Made by a program: the position numbers and the translations under genes
The notes under the pieces: model-generated
The model's database searches: none
What the model was told of the DNA's origin: nothing
The model's input: the letters and a program-made list of their open reading frames with translations, nothing else
Shown: positions 17,888-25,376 of the stretch, one piece after another
Layout: each line of letters starts with the position of its first letter
How positions within the stretch are numbered: position 1 is the stretch's first letter
Origin: Verrucomicrobia bacterium UBA3869
GTDB lineage: Bacteria > Verrucomicrobiota > Verrucomicrobiia > Opitutales > UBA9783
Reading direction: 5' to 3'
Assembly: GCA_002392285.1 (NCBI GenBank)
Contig: DGGR01000001.1
Location: forward strand, 1 to 28,763
DNA length: 28,763 bases

Positions 17888-18818
17888 TCATCTTTTGCAG
17901 CCCTTCTTCCAGAGAAATCTTGGGCGTCCACCCTAACAACTGTTGAGCTTTTTCGATGGAAGCATAGGTGTGCATCATATCCGAAGCGTTAAAGGGATGA
18001 TGAACGATGGTTGCTTTCTTGTTGAGATACTTTTCTAACAACCCAATCATTTCATTGATCGTGTGCGGTTGATGATTGCCGAGGTTAATCACTTCGTATC
18101 CTAAAGGCTTTTGAGCCGCGATAATGCCGCGCGCAATATCATCAACAAAGGTAAAATCGCGCGATTGCGTACCGTCGCCATTGAGCTGAATGGGCTTGCC
18201 GGATGCAATGCACCGCATGAATCTGTCTGGGCTCATGTCCGGTCGTCCATTAGGACCGTAAACCGTAAAACACCGGAGGATGGATACATCGATACCGTAT
18301 AAATGATGATAGGTATAGTAAAGCATTTCGGCAGCCTTTTTGGAGGCTGCATAAGGCGAAATGGGTTCGTTCACCGGTGAGGTTTCAACAAAGGGCATGG
18401 GTTGCCCGGAGTAGAGCGATGAGGTTGAAATGGCTATTAACTTGCGAACATGCGTTTGACGCATGCATTCCAACAGATTGAGTCCACCTAGAACATTGGT
18501 TGTGTAGTAAACGTGTGGGGTTTCCATGCTTGCCCGAACGCCTGCGCGTGCTGCAATGTGATAAACCGCGTCAAAGGTATGTGTTTTGAACACTTGTTCT
18601 AAGCACACTTTATCTTCAATATCCCCTCGCACAAAGTTCCAATTGCCCTGTAGCTGCTGTAAGGCCTTTAAGCGCAATTCTTTGATTTTAACGTCATAAT
18701 AATCGTTTAGGTTATCGATCCCAACGACCGTATGACCAGATTTTAGAAGCAATTCCGTTACCTTTGCTCCGATAAAACCAGCGCATCCTGTTAATAACAA
18801 CTGCATACGCTTAATCAT
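17868..18818 (-). CDS. NAD-dependent nucleotide-sugar epimerase (extended SDR, UDP-glucuronate 4-epimerase-like)
   Basis: It has the Rossmann motif TGCAGFIG, DNLNDYYD and the catalytic YAASKKAAE (YxxxK). The start may instead be MQLLLTG at 18806. Confidence 0.85.
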   Translation of the reverse strand: MIKRMQLLLTGCAGFIGAKVTELLLKSGHTVVGIDNLNDYYDVKIKELRLKALQQLQGNWNFVRGDIEDKVCLEQVFKTHTFDAVYHIAARAGVRASMETPHVYYTTNVLGGLNLLECMRQTHVRKLIAISTSSLYSGQPMPFVETSPVNEPISPYAASKKAAEMLYYTYHHLYGIDVSILRCFTVYGPNGRPDMSPDRFMRCIASGKPIQLNGDGTQSRDFTFVDDIARGIIAAQKPLGYEVINLGNHQPHTINEMIGLLEKYLNKKATIVHHPFNASDMMHTYASIEKAQQLLGWTPKISLEEGLQKMIEGTRF

Positions 18819-18933
18819 TTCACGGAAAAGCCTGTATTGTCAACGCGAGAGCCTAAGGACTTGTTGGGTAAGGGGACAAGGGGGATTTTTAGATTGGCAT
18901 TACCTTAGAAAGACTTTTACTAATGAAAACGTT

Positions 18934-19698
18934 ATGGTGCGTTGCACTTTCCTCGGGATCGTAGGTATTGGTTGCTGGTTGCCGCTTGTTGGGGCGAGCA
19001 ATGGATCGGGATTTAGTGGTTCCGTAGCGTATTCAACTGAATCTATTGACCGAGGGCGTTTGGTGGGGAAACATAGCTTTTTGCCCCATATTCGTGGAGT
19101 AATTTACCAAGAGTCTTTGGGGATTTATGGTGATTTAGATGCTCATGTCCCCTTAAATAAGCGCGCTTATTTTCCGGATTACTGGAAACCATCCGCAGGT
19201 ATGCTCTTAAAGGCAACCGAGTTTTTTACGTTGGATGTAGGAGTGTCCCATACCCTGTTACGGCGGCAGGGATTTGAGCTATTAACGCATACTACCGAAA
19301 GTTATGTGGGTATACGATCAAATTTATTGATGAAACCAACGTTTTACATCCGTTGGGATTGGGATCGGCATCAGTGGAATCTTGAAACAACCTTTGGTTA
19401 TGATTTCGATGGAGCTATTGTGGACAAAAGCTCTTGGTTCCTTGCGTGGGAAAATAAGTTAGGTTTTTGTAAAGGGCGTAGACCGTATGGATCGCATGGG
19501 CCCAAGCGCGGCTATAAATACCTTTATTATGAGAAAAATTTGTTCCTGAAATACGTAATGCGTGAATACTATGAGTTTTATATAGGCCCTAGCTTTGTTT
19601 ATAATAGCGGAGGTACGCAACCTTGGACCGTTATTAATGCAGCTACCTATCGTAATTGCTTTTTTTACTTATGTTTTGGGATTACAACCCGGCAATAG
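18934..19698 (+). CDS. Hypothetical secreted protein, possibly an outer-membrane beta-barrel
   Basis: 254 aa with a hydrophobic N-terminus ending VGA-SN. It is rich in aromatic and alternating residues. SGSVAYSTESIDRG...LDVGVSH loosely resembles the TIGR02001-type barrel pattern as I remember it. There is no terminal aromatic residue. Confidence 0.45.
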   Translation: MVRCTFLGIVGIGCWLPLVGASNGSGFSGSVAYSTESIDRGRLVGKHSFLPHIRGVIYQESLGIYGDLDAHVPLNKRAYFPDYWKPSAGMLLKATEFFTLDVGVSHTLLRRQGFELLTHTTESYVGIRSNLLMKPTFYIRWDWDRHQWNLETTFGYDFDGAIVDKSSWFLAWENKLGFCKGRRPYGSHGPKRGYKYLYYEKNLFLKYVMREYYEFYIGPSFVYNSGGTQPWTVINAATYRNCFFYLCFGITTRQ

Positions 19699-19771
19699 GA
19701 TGTTAGCAATAGACTTAATCAAAAATTGACAGACGCTGGGTGTTTTGTTCACTTTTTAAAAAAAGTAATTC

Positions 19772-21496
19772 ATGAAGGTACGAGAAGTTTATGCGTTTTT
19801 TAAGCAGCTTTATGATAACTTTCTGAGAGCGTATCGCAAAGATTTACTTATTAACTTAATCTGTGCGTTAATAGCCTGCTTGCTTGAGTTTTTGGGCTTA
19901 GGATTGATTATCCCTATTTTGTCTAAATTTGTTCTTAGCGCCAACGGAACGCTTATTTATGGCCATTTTAGGTTGTTATTATCGGCAATTGTAATCCTGT
20001 TTATCGTTAAAAATCTCGTATTGATTGGCTATACGCGTTTAAATACCGTCCTATCAGCTCGTTTAGACAGTGATTTAGCGCTTCGCTTATTAAGCCTCAT
20101 ACAAAATGCTCGTTATGAATTTTTATTAAAATTTTCTTCAGATCATTGGTTGAATGCAGTAAGTCAAGTATGTGAAAGTGTTTCCGGAACTGTTCTACAA
20201 CTTCTGCAGTTTATCGTTAATGGATTGTTAGCCTTAACCTTACTTGTTTTTTTAGCAGTTCATATGCCTGCGATGATGGGGCTATCGTTAGTACTGTTTG
20301 GCTTTTATATGGTGGGTATGCAATGGCTGAATAAGTATGATTGCGGTCGAATGATTAATTTAGGGAACCCATTATGTGAGCAAGTTCTTAACAAAGAGCA
20401 ATCTTTTTTGTTTTCTATTAAAGAACTTTATTTGACTCAAACAAGCGGCAGGTTTCTAAAATCTTTAGAACCTGTTCTTATCAAAAAAACTCGTATCCTT
20501 CATACCATAGATTTTGTTCGTTATCTTCCTTCGTATATTTTCGAAATTGCTGTCATTTTATTTTTGGGGTGTGTTGGATGGATTAGCATACGATGGTATG
20601 GATTTGAACAAGCTTTGGTCTATTTAGGGACTTGGTCGATCTGTATGATTCGGTTGATTCCGTTTGTGAATCGTTTATCGGGTGCTTGGTATTCATTTTA
20701 TCCCCAAATGGGCTATGTGGCTGATTTCAATCGAGATTATGAGGCCTTAGTGGCGGCGCAAAAACCGCTGGTGGATGCAGGTAAGGAGGTTGACCTTAAT
20801 GCTGTCCTTGAGTTAGACCATGTAGGTTTTAGCTATAAAGCTGATCACTTAGTGTTGCAGGATATTAATCTTAAAATTAATCCGAGAGAATTTATCGGTA
20901 TTGTTGGGAAGTCAGGTGCTGGTAAAACCACGTTGGTTGATATTCTATTAGGTTTGTTGCCACCGACTCAGGGGGCTTATAGGGTCGGCGATCAATTGAT
21001 TACGCATTTTGCATCTTCCAAAATTGGGTATGTTGCGCAAAATCCCTGCATTATTAATGGAACGGTTGAGGACAATATTTTGTTTGGGCGCGAAAAAAAT
21101 GTAGAATTGTTAAATCGAACGATGCAATTAGCTCAGTTGAATGAGTTAAGCCTGGATACACGCTTATTGGAGATGGGGAAAAATATTTCCGGAGGCCAAA
21201 AGCAGCGTATTGCCATCGCACGCGCTCTCTATGGTGACCCCAAACTATTAGTGTTAGATGAGGTTACGGCTTCCTTAGATATCGAAACGGAACGAAAAAT
21301 TTCAGGTGTTATTAATGGGTTAAAGGGTAAATGTACTATGCTAGCCATTGCGCATCGTTTAAGCACGTTGAAACAGTGCGATCGTATCCTTTATGTAAAA
21401 GAGGGGCGTATTACGGGAGAAGGTTCTTTTGATGCGCTATATCGAAACTCACCTGATTTTAGTCATATGGTTGACCTATTAAATGATAAGATATAA
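19772..21496 (+). CDS. ABC exporter, fused TMD-NBD half-transporter (MsbA/PglK-like)
   Basis: 574 aa with an N-terminal 6-TM domain. It has Walker A GKSGAGKTT, the signature ISGGQKQRIAIARAL, Walker B LLVLDEVTASLD and the H-loop AIAHR. Confidence 0.9.
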   Translation: MKVREVYAFFKQLYDNFLRAYRKDLLINLICALIACLLEFLGLGLIIPILSKFVLSANGTLIYGHFRLLLSAIVILFIVKNLVLIGYTRLNTVLSARLDSDLALRLLSLIQNARYEFLLKFSSDHWLNAVSQVCESVSGTVLQLLQFIVNGLLALTLLVFLAVHMPAMMGLSLVLFGFYMVGMQWLNKYDCGRMINLGNPLCEQVLNKEQSFLFSIKELYLTQTSGRFLKSLEPVLIKKTRILHTIDFVRYLPSYIFEIAVILFLGCVGWISIRWYGFEQALVYLGTWSICMIRLIPFVNRLSGAWYSFYPQMGYVADFNRDYEALVAAQKPLVDAGKEVDLNAVLELDHVGFSYKADHLVLQDINLKINPREFIGIVGKSGAGKTTLVDILLGLLPPTQGAYRVGDQLITHFASSKIGYVAQNPCIINGTVEDNILFGREKNVELLNRTMQLAQLNELSLDTRLLEMGKNISGGQKQRIAIARALYGDPKLLVLDEVTASLDIETERKISGVINGLKGKCTMLAIAHRLSTLKQCDRILYVKEGRITGEGSFDALYRNSPDFSHMVDLLNDKI

Positions 21497-21507
21497 ATTC
21501 TAAAGCT

Positions 21508-21936
21508 ATGCAAGCAATTACAGTAGCGCGTTGTCGGTGGATCCCAACGGAGGTTCATCCTTCAAAAGGGGGTGAATTGTTTGCTATTGAGAACCTTAAG
21601 AGTATTCCTTTCGCCATTCAAAAAATGATTGTGATTAAGGCAGCAGAGGGGTCGGTTCGCGGAGAGCATGCCCATCGACGCTTGGAGCAGGTATGGTATT
21701 GCTTATCCGGTTCTTGCAAATTCTTGTTGGATGATGGTAAAACGCAAGAAACGGTTGAGGTGAACACCCCTAATCAAGGGCTGTATATGGGTTGTTATGT
21801 GTGGCATCGGATGTTTGACTTTTCAGCTAATTGTATATTAATTGCTTTAGGTAGTGATCTTCATGATCCAGATGAGTATATTTTAGATCATTCAGATTTT
21901 TTAAGCGCACTATCAGATGGAAATCCCTTACTGTAA
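21508..21936 (+). CDS. fdtA: dTDP-4-keto-6-deoxyhexose 3,4-ketoisomerase (FdtA/QdtA/WxcM cupin family)
   Basis: 142 aa. ELFAIENLKSIPFAIQKM, RGEHAHRRLEQVWYCLSGSCKFLLDDG and GLYMGCYVWHRMFDFS are collinear with FdtA as I remember it, including the HxH catalytic pair. FdtA and QdtA specificity cannot be distinguished by eye. Confidence 0.8.
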   Translation: MQAITVARCRWIPTEVHPSKGGELFAIENLKSIPFAIQKMIVIKAAEGSVRGEHAHRRLEQVWYCLSGSCKFLLDDGKTQETVEVNTPNQGLYMGCYVWHRMFDFSANCILIALGSDLHDPDEYILDHSDFLSALSDGNPLL

Positions 21937-23014
21937 TTTTTATAAGCTGCACGAGCGTTATCGTGATGAGATTGATCAAGCAATTAAGATCGTATTGGAT
22001 CATGGACAATTTATTCAGGGGCAAGAACTTACTGCTTTTGAGCAACAATTTGCTCAGTTCTGTGGTACCAAGTATGCCGTTGGGGTTGGCAATGGCTTGG
22101 ACGCATTAATTTTAAGCTTAATGACGTTACATTTTGAGCCTGGGGATGAAATTATTGTTCCTGCGAATACGTACATTGCAACGATATTAGCGATTACCCA
22201 TAATCATTGCGTTCCGGTGTTGGTGGAGCCAGATGAACATACCTCTTTAATCGATCCAACGAAGATAGAGGAAAAAATTACACCGAAAACCAAAGCGATT
22301 TTGGTGGTTCATTTTTATGGCCGAGCAGTGGAAATGGCACCGATTGTTCGATTGGCTGAAAAATATCATCTTCATATAGTTGAAGATGGAGCACAAGCAC
22401 ACGGAGCGCAGTATCAAGGGAATCGAGTTGGGCATTTAGGGACGATTGCTGGGTTTAGCTTCCACCCGACCAAAAACTTAGGCTGTTGCGGGGATGGTGG
22501 TATTGTGACGACTGATCGGGAAGATTTGGCTAACGAAATCCGTGCGTTACGTAATTATGGATCTATTGAAAAATATGTCCATATCTGCAAAGGCTTCCAT
22601 TCTAAGTTAGATACTCTACAAGCTGCTGTGTTATCCGTAAAGTTACGGCATTTGGATGCAGATAATGCCATTCGTCGAAAGATAGCCAAATTCTACTGTG
22701 AGCACATACATCATCCGTTGATTACGCTGCCTGTTCATCCAAAGGATGAATTGGAGCATGTATGGCATATTTTCTCGATTTTTACTGAAAAACGAGCTGA
22801 ATTGCAGGCTTATTTACAGTCTAAGGGAATTCAAACGGTGATGCATTATCCAATTCCGCCGCATAAAGCTCCGGCTTATCCCGAATGGAATCAGCTATCG
22901 TTTCCTATTACCGAGAAGCTTGCGGTTGAAGAATTGAGTTTGCCATTACATCCTGTATTGACTCAAGACGAGGTAGAGTACATCGTAGAGAGTATCAATC
23001 AATGGAAGGTCTAA
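21917..23014 (+). CDS. DegT/DnrJ/EryC1-family PLP sugar aminotransferase (FdtB/QdtB-like)
   Basis: 365 aa. It has GNGLDAL, GDEIIVPANTYIAT, the IVEDGAQAHGA motif and the PLP lysine in FHPTKNLG. It overlaps the isomerase gene by 20 nt. Confidence 0.9.
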   Translation: MEIPYCNFYKLHERYRDEIDQAIKIVLDHGQFIQGQELTAFEQQFAQFCGTKYAVGVGNGLDALILSLMTLHFEPGDEIIVPANTYIATILAITHNHCVPVLVEPDEHTSLIDPTKIEEKITPKTKAILVVHFYGRAVEMAPIVRLAEKYHLHIVEDGAQAHGAQYQGNRVGHLGTIAGFSFHPTKNLGCCGDGGIVTTDREDLANEIRALRNYGSIEKYVHICKGFHSKLDTLQAAVLSVKLRHLDADNAIRRKIAKFYCEHIHHPLITLPVHPKDELEHVWHIFSIFTEKRAELQAYLQSKGIQTVMHYPIPPHKAPAYPEWNQLSFPITEKLAVEELSLPLHPVLTQDEVEYIVESINQWKV

Positions 23015-23035
23015 ACTTTTTAGGTCTATTGATAG

Positions 23036-23112
23036 GGACGGTTAGCTCAGTTGGTTAGAGCGTCTGGGTCACATCCAGAAGGTCGTAGGTTCGAGTCCTA
23101 CACCGTCTACCA
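23036..23112 (+). tRNA. tRNA-Val (anticodon CAC), CCA encoded
   Basis: A hand-folded cloverleaf of GGACGGTTAGCTCAGTTGGTTAGAGCGTCTGGGTCACATCCAGAAGGTCGTAGGTTCGAGTCCTACACCGTCTACCA. The anticodon stem is TCTGG/CCAGA with loop GT-CAC-AT. Confidence 0.9.
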
Positions 23113-23121
23113 AGTTCCTTA

Positions 23122-23150
23122 TCGAGTAATGGCTTACTCGAGAGTTTTTT
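23122..23150 (+). terminator. Rho-independent terminator after the glycan genes and tRNA-Val
   Basis: TCGAGTAA, loop TGGC, TTACTCGA (23122-23141), then GAG and TTTTTT (23145-23150). Confidence 0.7.
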
Positions 23151-23484
23151 GGTCGATTTCCGCGTGTGGTGTTTCGATTGTTGTTCCGATGTGGCTTTCG
23201 ACTGAACTTGCCTTCAAGTTCCGATCGTTGACCGGCGTATCTGAAATAACTTGTTTTTGCGGAATATTATGCTCTAATACGCTTTCTGATAGGGGTTTTT
23301 GTCCGCTGCCTATCAGAATGTCACTACTGACTTGCGTTGTTTTTGGAAGATTATCGGATGGGTTTGATAATGGATCGCGTTGTGATTGGGTATCTTTTTT
23401 GATCGTATCAGCATTTAGATTTAATTGATGCGTGTCTTCTGCGTTAAAAATAGGCTTTTGTGTTTGAGTAATTGGAGCAACCAT
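23134..23484 (-). CDS. Hypothetical low-complexity (Thr/Ser/Gln/Asp/Pro-rich) protein
   Basis: 116-aa ORF, 66 nt downstream of murA on the same strand. I recognise no motif in it. The opposite strand is also open here, so coding status is uncertain. Confidence 0.3.
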   Translation of the reverse strand: MVAPITQTQKPIFNAEDTHQLNLNADTIKKDTQSQRDPLSNPSDNLPKTTQVSSDILIGSGQKPLSESVLEHNIPQKQVISDTPVNDRNLKASSVESHIGTTIETPHAEIDQKTLE

Positions 23485-23550
23485 ATACTTACAAAATCGA
23501 CCATTTGCTTAAAAAGTTAAGCGATGGGTATTGATGACTATAATGAAGGG

Positions 23551-24825
23551 TTATCCCTCATCCATGCGTTGGATATGAGCGCCTAAAGCCTGAAGTTTTT
23601 TGTCAAAACGTTCATAACCGCGGTCGACGTGATAAACTCGGTGAATGGAGGTTGTTCCGGATGCAATTAATCCTGCTAAGTACAGTGCAGCGCTGGCTCG
23701 TAGGTCTGAAGCCATAACCTCTGCTCCGGATAATGGAGTTCCGCCTTTTAAAATGGCGGTGCTACCTTCTAGCCAAGTTTGACCGCCCAAACGCTGCAAT
23801 TCAGGCAAATGCATAAAGCGCTGAGGGTAAATGCGTTCGGTAATAAGGCTGATGCCAGGAATGCAAAGTCCCAATACGCATAATTGTGCCTGTAGATCGG
23901 TTGGATATCCGGGATAAGGCAGGGTTGTAGTTTCAAAGGGTGTTAGACGGTCGAGGCAAGGTTTTACATCCACCGATCCTTCAGCCTCATGAATCGAAAT
24001 ATCTGCGTGAATGTTATCCAATAGGTGCCATAAAGCGTTGAGGTGTTGGGTTTGAAATCCTTTGATATGAAGGGTCCCTTGGGTAATTAACCCAGCGAGG
24101 ACAAAGGTCCCGGCTTCGATACGATCGCCAATGACGGTATAATCAAAGCCCTTTAGGTGATCGGTTCCACGAATCGTTAACGTTGGGCTACCTACGCCTT
24201 CAATGGATGCACCCATTTGTTGTAACAAGGTGCATAGATCGACAATTTCAGGCTCGCAAGCGGCGCAATCAATGACGGTAACACCGGGTGTTAGTACAGC
24301 AGCCATTAAAACGTTTGCGGTTCCGGTTACTGTGCTTCCGAATCGTCCACCTAAATAGATGGAATTGCCTTTTAAATGCTTGGCCTTGACGTGTAAGTTA
24401 CCGCTTTGATTGTCAATGGAACAGCCTAAGGCTTTGAAACCATTGAGGTGTAAATCAATTGGACGATTGCCGATAACACACCCTCCAGGTAGGGGCATAA
24501 TCACTTGATGGAGGCGTCCAATCAGGGGGCCCATGATGCATACGGACGCACGCATTTGGCGCACTAAATCATAAGCGGCTTCGTGGGTAATGTTTTTAGC
24601 CTGTAATTGCCACGTGTGAGGTTCTGGATTTTGAACAGATACCCCTAACGATTGAAGCAATTGAACGAAAAATGCAACATCCCGTAGTTGAGGAACATTG
24701 CGCAATGTGCAAACCTCATCGGTGAGTAAAGCAGCAGCCATCATCGCCATACAGGCATTTTTGGCACCACTAATCTCGACAGTTCCGTTTAACGATACAC
24801 CGCCTTGTATGCATACCTTATCCAT
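23551..24825 (-). CDS. murA: UDP-N-acetylglucosamine 1-carboxyvinyltransferase
   Basis: 424 aa. It has GAKNA, the active-site loop LPGGCVIGNRPIDLH (catalytic Cys retained) and a C-terminal VDRGYE. Confidence 0.95.
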   Translation of the reverse strand: MDKVCIQGGVSLNGTVEISGAKNACMAMMAAALLTDEVCTLRNVPQLRDVAFFVQLLQSLGVSVQNPEPHTWQLQAKNITHEAAYDLVRQMRASVCIMGPLIGRLHQVIMPLPGGCVIGNRPIDLHLNGFKALGCSIDNQSGNLHVKAKHLKGNSIYLGGRFGSTVTGTANVLMAAVLTPGVTVIDCAACEPEIVDLCTLLQQMGASIEGVGSPTLTIRGTDHLKGFDYTVIGDRIEAGTFVLAGLITQGTLHIKGFQTQHLNALWHLLDNIHADISIHEAEGSVDVKPCLDRLTPFETTTLPYPGYPTDLQAQLCVLGLCIPGISLITERIYPQRFMHLPELQRLGGQTWLEGSTAILKGGTPLSGAEVMASDLRASAALYLAGLIASGTTSIHRVYHVDRGYERFDKKLQALGAHIQRMDEG

Positions 24826-24841
24826 AGGAGGCTATCGGCAG

Positions 24842-25333
24842 TTATGGTTGCTGATTTAGGTTGTTACGGTTCTGGTTATTAGAAGGGCCGTTGGAACGAC
24901 GATGGAATTTATTATGGTGATGGCGACTTTGTCCTTTGTGCCCATGCGGTTGTTTGCAACAACAACCTTCTTCTGATTTAGAAGGAATGGCTAATAAACG
25001 GCAGGTAAAGCTTTTAAGCTTTCTCCATAGTGATTTACAAGGGCAAACCTTTTGCGAGGACATAGCACGCTCATGATTGGATGAACAACACCCTTTGTGG
25101 GTGCAAGATCTATGATTACGTTGACCGTTATGATCCCGATTGTGTTGACAGTGGTCATTCTTACGGACCAATTTCCCTTGGTAATTTAATGATTCTGCAG
25201 TTGCAATTTTAACGGTTTTGATTTCCCTTGGTTGTGCTCCATTGTCTTCGTGAATGGTAGCCGTAGGAGCTACCTTGCGCTTCAATCGTGAATGCAAGTG
25301 AGAGGGTGAATGAGTATTTTGTTGATTTTCCAT
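24842..25333 (-). CDS. Hypothetical basic His/Cys-rich protein
   Basis: 163-aa ORF, and the only ORF of at least 60 aa in this interval. By hand count it has 10 Cys (including CC, CPC and CCC clusters) and 16 His (including HHH). The tail is Asn/Gln-rich and there is no signal peptide. Its stop lies 16 nt upstream of the murA start. Confidence 0.55.
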   Translation of the reverse strand: MENQQNTHSPSHLHSRLKRKVAPTATIHEDNGAQPREIKTVKIATAESLNYQGKLVRKNDHCQHNRDHNGQRNHRSCTHKGCCSSNHERAMSSQKVCPCKSLWRKLKSFTCRLLAIPSKSEEGCCCKQPHGHKGQSRHHHNKFHRRSNGPSNNQNRNNLNQQP

Positions 25334-25376
25334 TGATGCTTATTATTGATAAGTTAATCTTTAATTGATTTTGTAT

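Noticed and set aside
18922-18963. Alternative signal-peptide-like start MKTLWCVALSSGS* in another frame, 12 nt upstream of the beta-barrel ORF (possible frameshift)
   Set aside because: The tracked frame already gives a hydrophobic signal-like N-terminus, and the alternative frame stops after 13 codons. I have no evidence for a frameshift without read data.
19726-19754. Perfect TTGACA -35 box upstream of the ABC exporter gene
   Set aside because: The best -10 candidate at 17-bp spacing is TCACTT, matching 3 of 6 positions. That is too weak to call a promoter from sequence alone.
23051-23428. 125-aa plus-strand ORF starting inside tRNA-Val(CAC)
   Set aside because: It begins within the tRNA and reads through a strong terminator hairpin and T-tract. 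It is almost certainly spurious.
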